From contig JBNGBT010000005.1 of assembly GCA_049903315.1 (NCBI GenBank), positions 32,001 to 96,000 on the forward strand: 64,000 nucleotides of DNA, written 5' to 3'. The notes under the pieces were generated by a model, which saw only the letters and a program-made list of their open reading frames with translations, did not search any database and was not told the DNA's origin. Source of the DNA: Candidatus Cloacimonadota bacterium. Its GTDB lineage: Bacteria; Cloacimonadota; Cloacimonadia; JGIOTU-2. The position numbers and the translations under genes are program-made. This document shows positions 10,200 through 20,067 of this stretch, one piece after another (the stretch's first letter is position 1; each line of letters begins with the position of its first letter).

Positions 10200-10289
10200 A
10201 TGCCCTGCGGGAAAAAAAGAAAAAAAGCTAAAATCAATAAGCATAAACGTAAAAAAAGATTAAAAAAGAACCGTCATAAAAAGAAATAA
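10200..10289 (+). CDS. Small basic AURKAIP1/COX24-domain (bS22-like) ribosomal protein, not in ORF track
   Basis: MPCGKKRKKAKINKHKRKKRLKKNRHKKK (29 aa), GGAG RBS, follows HU. Confidence 0.85.
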   Translation: MPCGKKRKKAKINKHKRKKRLKKNRHKKK

Positions 10290-10341
10290 TGATGCTTTGC
10301 TGGTTTAAATAGCACACGCATCTAAAATTGGAGTACGGTAT

Positions 10342-10539
10342 ATGTACAAAATATTAGCGAAACTCAGTGCTATTGCTGCAGCTATATTATTACTTCTTGG
10401 AATAATAGATAAGATATTCTTTCCACACAGCAATATCCTTTTACAGCATGAGAACTATTTCATTGCTGCAAACCCATTCATTTTGTTTGGGATATTCTTC
10501 CTTGTCGCATCTTATATGAAGTCTAGGAATAAAGAATAG
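10342..10539 (+). CDS. Small two-helix membrane protein, hypothetical
   Basis: 65 aa, two hydrophobic segments, GGAG upstream. Confidence 0.55.
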   Translation: MYKILAKLSAIAAAILLLLGIIDKIFFPHSNILLQHENYFIAANPFILFGIFFLVASYMKSRNKE

Positions 10540-10577
10540 TATAATAGTTCGTCTCATCACATTCACTCAAAATAAAA

Positions 10578-10654
10578 TGGTCGGGATGGCCGGATTTGAA
10601 CCGGCGACTTCTTCGTCCCGAACGAAGCGCGCTACCGGGCTGCGCTACATCCCG
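10578..10654 (-). tRNA. tRNA-Pro (anticodon CGG)
   Basis: CGGGATG...CATCCCG-ACCA; anticodon arm CTTCG-TTCGGGA-CGAAG; T-loop GTTCAAATC. Confidence 0.96.
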
Positions 10655-10750
10655 ACTGGGAATCAAAACCTTAGTATGAGAATCATCTGTCAAGAAAAAG
10701 CAATGCCACGCCATTCATACACGGTTGAGAGAAAAGAGTGCGAGTTTTCA

Positions 10751-10778
10751 TTGACAAATATTACTAGCAGGATAGAAT
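10751..10778 (+). promoter_or_regulatory. Sigma70-type promoter upstream of lon
   Basis: TTGACA-16 nt-TAGAAT. Confidence 0.55.
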
Positions 10779-10809
10779 TTATTGTAAATAATTTAGGTTT
10801 TATGTATAT

Positions 10810-13158
10810 ATGACAGAAAAAATATTGAAAGAACAAGAAAATACACTTCCGATAATTCCCACTAGAAATATTGTGATCTTTCCTCAAATGATCGTACCTC
10901 TGGTCATCGGAAGAACGCATTCTATCAAAGCAACTGAAGAAGCATACGGAAAGAACAAAATAATTTTTTGTGTTGCACAGAAATCTCCTGATACACAAAA
11001 ACCTCAGCAAGAGGATATGTACGATATGGGAGTGGTCTGCCAGATCTTACAAATTTTAAAAATGCCTGACGCAACCATTCGAATTCTTGTTGAGGGATTG
11101 CAGCGTGCTAAGATAGAGGAGCTGTATTATTCTGATGATTATATGAGTGCAAAACTCGATCTCATACCCAAAGAAACTTTGAAAGAAACCTCGGAGAATA
11201 TAGCGTTACTACAAACATTGGCACATGATTTCAAAGAATATGGAAAACTAAGCAGAAACTTCTCCGATGATGTGCTTATCACCTATGAGAATCTAAAATC
11301 AATGGACGACAAGGTCGATTTTATTGCATCGAATATCGACCTCGATCTGGAAGTGAAGCAAAAGCTTCTTGAACTCAATCTCATGGAACGTATCTTCGAT
11401 TTGATCGAATACATCTCCAAGGAACTGGAGATTTTAAAGATCCGCAAGAAAATCGCAGGTGAGGTAAGAAGTAAGCTGACAAAAAGCCAGAAGGAATATT
11501 TTCTCAACCAGGAGCTGAAAGCGATCCAGAAGGAGCTTGGTTTTTCCGAAGATCAGAACGTAGAAGTACGTGAGCTTGAAAAAAAGATTCGTAAACTTCA
11601 GCTTACTGAGGAAGCAAAAGAGAAAACCGAATATGAACTGAACAAACTGCGTAGAACCAATCCCATTTCACCCGAATACTCAGTTTCATTAAACTATCTT
11701 AACTGGCTCACCGATTTACCGTGGAATAATCCTAAAAAGGGACGGTTTGACCTCGCAGAAACAGAAAAAATTCTTGATGAAGATCATTACGGTTTGAAAA
11801 AGATCAAAGAGCGCATTGTCGAATATCTTGCAGTACTCAAAATGGTCAAAAAAGTAAAAGGTCAAATATTATGTTTTGTCGGTCCGCCGGGTGTTGGAAA
11901 AACATCGCTGGGACAATCAATTGCACGAGCACTGAACCGAAAGTTCGTACGTCTTTCTCTCGGCGGGGTGCGCGATGAAGCAGAAATTCGAGGGCACAGA
12001 AAAACATATATTGGCGCAATGCCGGGAATAATCATCCAGGCAATGAAGCGCGTCAGCACAAAGAATCCTGTGATAATGCTCGATGAAGTCGATAAAATGA
12101 GCATGGATTTCCGTGGAGATCCTTCTGCTGCATTGCTGGAAGTGCTCGATCCGGAACAGAATTATGAATTCCATGATCATTATATTGAGATTGGATACGA
12201 TCTCTCGCAGGTGCTTTTTATAACCACTGCGAACAATCTTTTTTCGATTCCTCCTGCGCTTCAGGATAGAATGGAAGTTATTACACTGCCGGGATATACT
12301 GAACTTGAAAAGTGCCGGATTGCAGAGGGATTTCTTCTTCCAAAACAGGTGGAGAAACATGGTTTCAACCATAAGATTACAGTAGAATTTTCTGATAATG
12401 CCTTACTTAAAATAATAAGAAATTATACTCGTGAAGCAGGTGTCCGCAACCTCGAAAGAAATATTTCTTCGATTCTTCGAAAAATTGTGCGAGAATATCT
12501 AAAAGATAAAAAAAATAATTCCTATAAAGTGAATGAATCCAGTATCAGAAAATATCTTGGTGTAGAGAAATATCTCTACTCAGATGTAAAGAAAGAAGAT
12601 AATGTTGGCGTGGCAAACGGACTCGCATGGACTTCTGTGGGTGGTGTTCTCTTACAGGTAGAAGCCGTTGTTCTGGAAGGAAAAGGCAATCTTTCTCTCA
12701 CCGGAAAACTTGGCGACGTTATGAAAGAGTCAGCAAGCGCTGCACTGAGTTATGCCAGAGCTCATTATGCAGATTTCGGAATTAAAAAGGAGTTTTATAA
12801 AACGAAAGATCTCCACATCCATGTTCCCGAAGGTGCGATCCCCAAAGATGGTCCTTCGGCAGGGATAACTATCGCGACTGCAATTATATCAGCGCTTTCA
12901 AAAAGAAAAGTGCGCGTGGATTACGCAATGACAGGTGAGATCACTCTCATGGGAGACGTGCTGCCGATTGGCGGATTGGAAGAGAAACTGGTTGCTGCTC
13001 AACGTGCAAAAATAAAAAATATAATTATTCCGCAAAAAAACTTTAGAGAATTGACGGAAATTCCGAAACAGATTAAAAAGGGATTAAATATTATATCAGT
13101 CGCAACAATGGATGAGGTGCTCGAGCATGCATTACATAAGGATACAGGTGTTGAATAG
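10810..13158 (+). CDS. lon: ATP-dependent protease La
   Basis: Lon N domain, GPPGVGKT, PKDGPSAG catalytic Ser, GGLEEK Lys. Confidence 0.97.
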   Translation: MTEKILKEQENTLPIIPTRNIVIFPQMIVPLVIGRTHSIKATEEAYGKNKIIFCVAQKSPDTQKPQQEDMYDMGVVCQILQILKMPDATIRILVEGLQRAKIEELYYSDDYMSAKLDLIPKETLKETSENIALLQTLAHDFKEYGKLSRNFSDDVLITYENLKSMDDKVDFIASNIDLDLEVKQKLLELNLMERIFDLIEYISKELEILKIRKKIAGEVRSKLTKSQKEYFLNQELKAIQKELGFSEDQNVEVRELEKKIRKLQLTEEAKEKTEYELNKLRRTNPISPEYSVSLNYLNWLTDLPWNNPKKGRFDLAETEKILDEDHYGLKKIKERIVEYLAVLKMVKKVKGQILCFVGPPGVGKTSLGQSIARALNRKFVRLSLGGVRDEAEIRGHRKTYIGAMPGIIIQAMKRVSTKNPVIMLDEVDKMSMDFRGDPSAALLEVLDPEQNYEFHDHYIEIGYDLSQVLFITTANNLFSIPPALQDRMEVITLPGYTELEKCRIAEGFLLPKQVEKHGFNHKITVEFSDNALLKIIRNYTREAGVRNLERNISSILRKIVREYLKDKKNNSYKVNESSIRKYLGVEKYLYSDVKKEDNVGVANGLAWTSVGGVLLQVEAVVLEGKGNLSLTGKLGDVMKESASAALSYARAHYADFGIKKEFYKTKDLHIHVPEGAIPKDGPSAGITIATAIISALSKRKVRVDYAMTGEITLMGDVLPIGGLEEKLVAAQRAKIKNIIIPQKNFRELTEIPKQIKKGLNIISVATMDEVLEHALHKDTGVE

Positions 13159-13392
13159 ATGGATTTTGAAATAGTCTCAAGAACAAAAATAGAAGGAAAT
13201 TCTGAGGAACTCGTATTGAAAACTGAGAAAAACAATCTGCAGCTTCTCGGATATATACTTGAAACGGTCGAAGGAATGTGCCATTACACCACTGTAGATA
13301 ATGAAGAAACATTGCTCAAAATCGTTTATACACTTGATTTCAAAGAAGATGTTGACCGAGTTTTACAGTCACTCAAGGAACATAAGAATTAA
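13159..13392 (+). CDS. DUF4911-like small protein
   Basis: LGYILETVEGMCHYTTVD motif. Confidence 0.6.
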   Translation: MDFEIVSRTKIEGNSEELVLKTEKNNLQLLGYILETVEGMCHYTTVDNEETLLKIVYTLDFKEDVDRVLQSLKEHKN

Positions 13393-13410
13393 GACTAATT
13401 CTTCCGCTTG

Positions 13411-13765
13411 ATGGATCTCAATAATAAAATTGCACAATTAATTGCGGGAAATGTCAGGATCGCCGCTCAGATTAACACTCATATCGAAAATCAGAATACA
13501 GTACAAGAAATTATATCACATGATCCAGGATCATCAAAAATTGCAGCAGGAAAATAAGATGCTTCACGTAAGACACTGGGCACATATCAAGAATGAGGTC
13601 ATATACAATTTGCAGCAACCAATACACTCTCATATTAAAAAAATTGTTGTCTCCGACCACGAAATTGAAGATCTGATTGATGATGTATTTGACAATAAAT
13701 CCGACCCTTTGACAATATCACTTTCATTGATTGAAAAATCCCAAAATAATTCAGAAACGGAGTGA
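13411..13765 (+). pseudogene. MeaB/ArgK GTPase remnant: N- and C-termini in different frames, GTPase core absent
   Basis: MDLNNKIAQLIAGNVRIAAQI-THIEN resembles the MeaB N-terminus; LYHMIQDHQK...DDVFDNKSDPLTISLSLIE resembles the MeaB C-terminus; no P-loop. Confidence 0.55.
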
Positions 13766-15000
13766 ACATGAAGCTTTGCGTGTTCGAAGATAGTTCGTGG
13801 GATCATTTCCTACCTCTTACATATACGAGAGCTTATTTTGATTTGAAATGCGGAATTCTAAAACTCAGGCATAAGATCTCGCGCTTTTATCCTGATGATG
13901 AGAAATATTTGATCCTGCGTGAAGAGCTTAAGCAATTATATATATCTCGATATCCTGAATATAAAATCAATCATTTTGAAAAGGGAGAGTATCTTTTCAT
14001 TAACGGCAGGCTGCTTTTCGATGAAATGATGAAGCAAGAACTTGATTCTCTCGAATTGGAAACTGGACTCTTCAACGATGATGCTTGCATTGCTGCAAGA
14101 GTTCTCATTGGACATGAAGGAGATATTTCAACAGAGCACCTGCCCAAAATATTTTCCAAACTGAAGAAAATAGATACGAAAATACAACCAATTCAATATA
14201 TCTGGGAATTGGTTGCAAAAAATGAGGAGCAAATAGCTCTCGATTATAAATTTTTGATAAAAAACAAGATAAGTCAGCATTTGCAGGACGGAACATTCCA
14301 TATGATGAACTTCTCTGAAATATTCTTTGGAGAAGACGTCATAATTGAACCGGGAGTCGTGCTCGATGCAACCAATGGGCCGATCATGATAGATGATGAT
14401 GCACAAATTATGGCAAATGCAGTTATCAAAGGTCCTGTGTATGTAGGTAAAGGAAGTACAGTAAAAGTCGGAGCCAAAATTTATGAAGGCACTTCTATCG
14501 GAAAAGTATGCAAGGTCGGCGGTGAAGTCGAGGGAACAATATTTCAGGCGTTCTCAAATAAACAGCATGAAGGATTCCTCGGTCATTCATATATTGGCGA
14601 GTGGGTGAACATCGGTGCAGATGCGAATAACAGCGACTTGAAAAATAATTATAATCATGTGAAAACTTTTTATTATCCGCTAAGAAATTTTAAAGATACC
14701 GGTTCACAATTTTTCGGCGCTGTTTTTGCAGATCATGTCAAAACCGGCATCAACACAACTTTCAATACAGGTATTGTTATCGGAGTTGGGTGCAATCTCT
14801 ACTCATCTTTGCTTTTCAGTGGATTTATTCCGTCTTTCAGTATTGGAAGCGCGAACAGAATGGGGGAATATCATCTGAAAAAGATGCTCCAAACTGCAGA
14901 AATCGTAAAATCAAGAAGAGGGCTTGAACTCACGGATGACGAAAAAACAATTTTGGAGAGTTGTTACAAAAGATCGGCATCTCTCAGAAAAATATTTTAA
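13762..15000 (+). CDS. GlmU-related sugar nucleotidyl/acetyltransferase with left-handed beta-helix
   Basis: FLPLTYTR, hexapeptide repeats, NKQHEGFLGHSYIGEWVNIGA, SDLKNNY. Confidence 0.8.
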   Translation: MNMKLCVFEDSSWDHFLPLTYTRAYFDLKCGILKLRHKISRFYPDDEKYLILREELKQLYISRYPEYKINHFEKGEYLFINGRLLFDEMMKQELDSLELETGLFNDDACIAARVLIGHEGDISTEHLPKIFSKLKKIDTKIQPIQYIWELVAKNEEQIALDYKFLIKNKISQHLQDGTFHMMNFSEIFFGEDVIIEPGVVLDATNGPIMIDDDAQIMANAVIKGPVYVGKGSTVKVGAKIYEGTSIGKVCKVGGEVEGTIFQAFSNKQHEGFLGHSYIGEWVNIGADANNSDLKNNYNHVKTFYYPLRNFKDTGSQFFGAVFADHVKTGINTTFNTGIVIGVGCNLYSSLLFSGFIPSFSIGSANRMGEYHLKKMLQTAEIVKSRRGLELTDDEKTILESCYKRSASLRKIF

Positions 15001-15015
15001 AAGGTTTTATACATA

Positions 15016-15885
15016 ATGAACGGATTAATAGAAGTTAAATTCAAACAAGACGAAAAACGGTATTACGAAAATACTCATGATATCGAATTGAGAAAAGGTT
15101 TGTACGTGATTGTTGAAGCGGAAAAGGGCGCAGACATGGGTTATGTGGGTAATTACCCGCTTGAAAAAGAGAAACTCAATCTTCCCGAATCCTATGAGAT
15201 AAGAAAAATTATCCGCATTGCGAGTGAGGATGATGTCGAAAAGATGAACCGCATTCATGAAAAAGAAGAAGATGCCAAGAATAAATTTCTCGATGCGCTC
15301 AAAGAGCAACCCTTTGAAATGGACCTTGTAGATGTCGAATACCAGTATGACGGCAACAAACTCACTTTTTATTTCATGGCAGAAACAAGAGTAGACTTCC
15401 GGGATTTCCTGAAAGTGCTCGCGCGGATATTCCGAACTCGTATTGAACTCCGCCAGATCAATGAGCGTCAGGAAATTAAACGACTCGGAGGTGTGGGTCC
15501 TTGCGGCAGAGAGTTGTGCTGCAAAAATCTCGATCTCAATTTTGACCGTGTCACCATCCAGATGGCTAAAGACCAGAATGTGAGTGTGACCTCATCTAAA
15601 ATGTGCGGACTGTGCGGAAAACTCCTGTGCTGCCTCGCCTATGAAGAAGAATTTTATAAGGAAGAAGCAGAGAAATATCCGGAAATTGGTGAAGAGATAT
15701 TCTATAACGATAAGAAAATGAGGGTAGGAAAAAATAATTATCTTACTTACAGAATTGAACTGAGAGATGAGAACGGCGTGCTAACAACTATTAGTTTTGA
15801 TGATTATCTTGAGCAAAAAATTAAAAAGAAAAGGGCTAAATTTCAAGCAAAAAAGAACAAGAGAACCAAAGATGAACAACATTAA
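15016..15885 (+). CDS. PSP1-domain protein (RicT/YaaT family)
   Basis: RVDFR, RIELRQI, GPCGRELCC, CGLCGKLLCCLAYE. Confidence 0.9.
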   Translation: MNGLIEVKFKQDEKRYYENTHDIELRKGLYVIVEAEKGADMGYVGNYPLEKEKLNLPESYEIRKIIRIASEDDVEKMNRIHEKEEDAKNKFLDALKEQPFEMDLVDVEYQYDGNKLTFYFMAETRVDFRDFLKVLARIFRTRIELRQINERQEIKRLGGVGPCGRELCCKNLDLNFDRVTIQMAKDQNVSVTSSKMCGLCGKLLCCLAYEEEFYKEEAEKYPEIGEEIFYNDKKMRVGKNNYLTYRIELRDENGVLTTISFDDYLEQKIKKKRAKFQAKKNKRTKDEQH

Positions 15886-16666
15886 ATCAATCGCATTAGA
15901 GCTCTGGCCTCTGGATGAAAAATCGAACTCCAGATGTAATGGAGCTCACCAGATATGCCTTCAGTGTGCGGTGTGCGGGTATAAAAATAAGAGCTATTCT
16001 CTCATCGATGAAGTGCCCACACAGCAAGAACTTGCCCGATATATCGATCATACAAATCTCAAACCGGATGCGACAAATGTAGAGATCGTGAGACTGTGCC
16101 AGGAAGCACGTACTTTTGATTTTGCATCTGTGTGTGTAAATCCTTATAATGTGAAACTTGCAAAAAGAGAAATGGACAAACGCGTCGTGTGTTCTGTTAT
16201 CGGATTTCCACTCGGAGCTAATGTCACGCATACAAAATTAGAAGAAACGAAACTCGCTCTTAAACAGGGTGCAACCGAGTGTGATATGGTCCTGAATATT
16301 GCCGAGCTTAAAGAACAAGGGTACAATTATATCCTCACCGAAATCGAGAAGATCGCAGAACTCTGCCACGAGCACGGTGCGAAGTTGAAGGTCATTCTTG
16401 AAACGTGCCTGCTCAATGAAAGAGATAAGATCGTTGCATGCCTGATCGCAAAAAAAGCTGGAGCTGATTTTGTAAAAACTTCGACCGGTTTCTCTAAATC
16501 AGGCGCAACAGTCGAAGATATTATGCTGATGCGAACCGTTGTCGGAGATTATATGGGAGTGAAAGCATCAGGCGGAATTCGAGATACTGAAAAAGCTTTG
16601 GAAATGATCGCAGCCGGAGCTAACCGTATCGGAGCGAGCGCAAGTCTTGCAATTATCGGAGTGTAA
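15872..16666 (+). CDS. deoC: Deoxyribose-phosphate aldolase with Cys-rich N-terminal extension
   Basis: IDHTNLKP, VIGFPLG, KVILET, FVKTSTGF, KASGGIR. Confidence 0.93.
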   Translation: MNNIKSIALELWPLDEKSNSRCNGAHQICLQCAVCGYKNKSYSLIDEVPTQQELARYIDHTNLKPDATNVEIVRLCQEARTFDFASVCVNPYNVKLAKREMDKRVVCSVIGFPLGANVTHTKLEETKLALKQGATECDMVLNIAELKEQGYNYILTEIEKIAELCHEHGAKLKVILETCLLNERDKIVACLIAKKAGADFVKTSTGFSKSGATVEDIMLMRTVVGDYMGVKASGGIRDTEKALEMIAAGANRIGASASLAIIGV

Positions 16667-18073
16667 TTGAGAGTAATACTCGCTGGCTATAATATTGATG
16701 TTTCCCAGCTTCGTTCTACAAAAACACAGTCTACACCTGAGACAATTTCTGCTGCCTATGCGCGTATAAGCAGATCAAAGAAATCTGTGGATGAGCTTCG
16801 AAAAGAAGCAGTCCTCGATGTAGAAAAAGCAAGAAGATCAAACAAAAGTATCGTTTTCGAAATGGGGCACAGCTCCGTTGCCGAACACGCTGTATTTAAC
16901 TTTGATGTCATCGGTATTTCCCGTTATCTTACAGAATTTGTTCAACGAACACGACTGGCTTCCTTTACGGAAAAATCACAACGCTATGTGACTCTGGACG
17001 GAGATTATGTTGTTCCTGAAGAAATTCAGAATAATGCACAAGTAGTAAAGCAATTTCAAGATACAATCCAATTACAGAATGAAACATATCTCTTACTTTT
17101 TGATAAGCTGAAATCCTATTTCCAACAAACGACTACGCTTTCCAAAAAAGAGATTGAAGGTCGAGTAAAAGAGGATGCGCGGTATGTACTTTCTATGGCA
17201 ACACAAACTCAGATGGGCATGACGCTGAATGCACGGAGTTTGGAGCATTTACTCAAGAGGTTGAACGCACTTCCTCTCATCGAAGCAAAAAATCTCGCAG
17301 ACAGTTTGTATGAACAGGTTAAAGAAATTGCACCTTCACTTATACGCTACATCGAGCCGTCCGAATATGATCGGAGAAAATATAGATCGGAAGTTGCTCC
17401 CGGTTTCGAAAAACAGATTGAGAAGTGCACTCTTTTATCCTCTCCTGAACATGCAGATGAGAAAATTATTGCAGGTTTGCTTTTCCGCTCGACAGGATCA
17501 GATTACAATACTATTTTTGAAGATGTGAGACGTATGAGCACGCAGGAAAAAGAAGAAATTCTTCACCAATATTTGAATGATATCACCTGCCATGATTCCC
17601 TGCCGCGCGAGTTTGAATTACTGGATCTGATGTTCCAGGTAAATATCAGTTCATCATGCTTTGCGCAGCTTAAAAGGCATAGGATTGCCACGATTATTTC
17701 AAGCGATTATAGTCCGAAATTTGGATATACAATTCCAAAAAGTATAGATGAAATTGGTCAAAAAGAAATCTTTCAGAAGGTTATGAAAGAGTCAGAAAAA
17801 ACATATGATCTTCTCGCAGAATATTATCCTGGAGTAAGAAATTATATCCTGACAAATGCCCATCATAAAGTTGTTTTATTCAAATGCAATTTGCGAGAAC
17901 TGTGTCACTTTGCACGGTTGCGTCAGGATGCACATGCACAGTGGGATATTCGGGAGCTTGCTCAAAATATCATTGAAAAAGTAAAGCAGGCAGCGCCACT
18001 CACTTCGCTAATCATCTGTGGAAAAGACACGTTTGCTGAACATAAAGAAGAAATAGCACGCAGAAAACACTGA
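16667..18073 (+). CDS. thyX: FAD-dependent thymidylate synthase with tandem ThyX domains
   Basis: GHSSVAEH, RTRLASFTEKSQRY, KEDARY; second repeat KRHR...HAQWDIR. Confidence 0.88.
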   Translation: MRVILAGYNIDVSQLRSTKTQSTPETISAAYARISRSKKSVDELRKEAVLDVEKARRSNKSIVFEMGHSSVAEHAVFNFDVIGISRYLTEFVQRTRLASFTEKSQRYVTLDGDYVVPEEIQNNAQVVKQFQDTIQLQNETYLLLFDKLKSYFQQTTTLSKKEIEGRVKEDARYVLSMATQTQMGMTLNARSLEHLLKRLNALPLIEAKNLADSLYEQVKEIAPSLIRYIEPSEYDRRKYRSEVAPGFEKQIEKCTLLSSPEHADEKIIAGLLFRSTGSDYNTIFEDVRRMSTQEKEEILHQYLNDITCHDSLPREFELLDLMFQVNISSSCFAQLKRHRIATIISSDYSPKFGYTIPKSIDEIGQKEIFQKVMKESEKTYDLLAEYYPGVRNYILTNAHHKVVLFKCNLRELCHFARLRQDAHAQWDIRELAQNIIEKVKQAAPLTSLIICGKDTFAEHKEEIARRKH

Positions 18074-18106
18074 TCGTACTGATTATCGCAGATAGAAATT
18101 AAAATT

Positions 18107-18160
18107 GTAGCGCAAGATCCCGACCTGTCAAGGCGAAGTGAGGCGAAGACTGATCTTGCG
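18107..18160 (+). repeat. GTAG-tagged REP-like palindrome with long GC-rich loop
   Basis: GTAG-CGCAAGATC...GATCTTGCG 9-bp inverted arms. Confidence 0.65.
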
Positions 18161-18453
18161 ATTATAAGATGGAGAGGAACCGGAAAAATTTGACATAAAA
18201 AAATAATTAAAGTAGTAAAGATATAAATAAGGAGTTCATAATGAATAAAAGGCAAAGGAAAAGAAAAACTAATACATACATTAATAAGTGTAAAAATAAA
18301 GTAATTCTATAATATCCTCTCTATAATTATTCCCGATTAGAGAGGTTCTCTTTATGATTATGGTATTGGAATAAGAAATTAGAATAAGAATGGGATGTTG
18401 AAGTTGAGGGAATTGTTCTTATCAATCTTTGAAATTAGTAAAAGGAATGTAGT

Positions 18454-19479
18454 ATGAAAAAAAACATGATTCTATATGTAATTATTGGATTATTTATTAT
18501 AGCATCGCTTGTTCTTACAGGTTGTGATGAAAATGTGTATATACCATATTATAAGGATTGCATGTACGTTGTTGATAAGGATGGAAGTAATTTAAATATA
18601 TTATTAAAAGAAACTGTATATATTATGAGATTAATACCAAATACAAACAAAATTCTTTACATTACATCTGATTCATTATTATGCACGATTGATTATGAGA
18701 CAGAGAAGATCGATACAATATTTACTAATCATATGACATATACAATAATATCAAAAAATGGGGAGAAATTAGTATTCAAAAAAGAAGTAAATGGAAATTA
18801 TGAGTTATTTATGTCTAATGTAGATGGGACAAATGTTATACAATTAACGGATTTACCAGGAATAGAAAAGGACTATTATTCATTTTCTTTTGATTCTGAA
18901 AAGATAGTATTTATATCGGAAAAAAAAGATAGTAAAACCTTTTACACGCTTTGTGTTCTTGATCTTTTATTAAATGAAATAACAACATTATTAACAACGG
19001 AAGATTATATGTTAACCTATCCGATATTTTCTCCGGATGGTGAAAAGATATACTATATTCAAGAACACAATAATACTTATCATTTTTCGAGTCTGCATGT
19101 AATGGATAAGAATGGAACACATCTGTATGAATTCGGAGATGATTATGTGACCTGGAGAAAACCTTTATACATTACTCCTGATGGAGAAAAAATTGTATAT
19201 TTATCATATGATTCGCTTCGCATTGTTAATAATGACGATTCGGAAAATGTAGGTATTGTAAAGTGTGACGGTTATACATTATCAAACGATGGAATGAAAA
19301 TTGCATATAGCAGATCATCCGGTTCAATTTATATAATCAATTTGGATGGAAGTGGAAATAGAAGAATATTTTCATACTTAGCTGATTCCAATCCGATTTT
19401 TTTACTTCACGGTGAAAAATTAGCATTTGAAGGGCACTATGAAATAAACAATGCAAAAGATAATTTAATAACAAATTAA
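18454..19479 (+). CDS. Lipoprotein with TolB-like (PD40) beta-propeller
   Basis: Lipobox LTGC; repeated FSPDGEKI / DGS-N motifs. Confidence 0.8.
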   Translation: MKKNMILYVIIGLFIIASLVLTGCDENVYIPYYKDCMYVVDKDGSNLNILLKETVYIMRLIPNTNKILYITSDSLLCTIDYETEKIDTIFTNHMTYTIISKNGEKLVFKKEVNGNYELFMSNVDGTNVIQLTDLPGIEKDYYSFSFDSEKIVFISEKKDSKTFYTLCVLDLLLNEITTLLTTEDYMLTYPIFSPDGEKIYYIQEHNNTYHFSSLHVMDKNGTHLYEFGDDYVTWRKPLYITPDGEKIVYLSYDSLRIVNNDDSENVGIVKCDGYTLSNDGMKIAYSRSSGSIYIINLDGSGNRRIFSYLADSNPIFLLHGEKLAFEGHYEINNAKDNLITN

Positions 19480-19493
19480 GACAAGGAGTTTGA

Positions 19494-19973
19494 ATGAAAA
19501 AGAAGATTGTTATATTGATTCTAATTATATTAGTATTTACGGGCATAACATTTAGTCAAATTGGGACAAAGATTCCATCAGGGAAGTTACCTGATAAAGA
19601 AGGTGGTCTTTTGCCATGGCAGAACTCAGGTTGTATATCTAAATTAGGTGAAGATGAAAGAATACATGTTAATAAAATTATAAACGTCGAAACTGATTTG
19701 GACACAATACCCGGAAACGGAGTAAACAGTAAAATTCAATATATAATTGATAATAAGTCTATTAATGATACTATATTGTTATATTTCCCTTCCGGTGAAT
19801 ATAATTTTGGAGATACCTTGAAAATATTTCAAAATATAACTCATCCGGATCCACAAAAAAGAAAGCTTGTAAGTAACGGATATAAGCCACGTTTCTCAAA
19901 TGATGGAACAAAGATCGTGTTTCCCGGGCAATATCAGATAAATAAAGGAAGTAAAAACTATATTACCGATTAA
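19494..19973 (+). CDS. Secreted chimeric or truncated protein (beta-helix-like N-terminal part with TolB-like C-terminal tail)
   Basis: Signal peptide; IQYIID...LYFPSGEYNF; ends PRFSNDGTKIVFPGQYQIN like the upstream gene's end. Confidence 0.5.
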   Translation: MKKKIVILILIILVFTGITFSQIGTKIPSGKLPDKEGGLLPWQNSGCISKLGEDERIHVNKIINVETDLDTIPGNGVNSKIQYIIDNKSINDTILLYFPSGEYNFGDTLKIFQNITHPDPQKRKLVSNGYKPRFSNDGTKIVFPGQYQINKGSKNYITD

Positions 19974-20067
19974 TATCCCATATATAGACAATGTGACTCA
20001 CCAATTCATAAAACTTCATCAGAAAAATTGACAACAAATTCTCAATAAAAATTTGCTATTACAAATA

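Noticed and set aside
10523..11010. ORFs overlapping tRNA-Pro and the lon start
   Set aside because: Explained by the tRNA and lon; no coding signal.
16667..18073. Double-domain ThyX as a novelty
   Set aside because: Tandem ThyX architecture is already known in several lineages.
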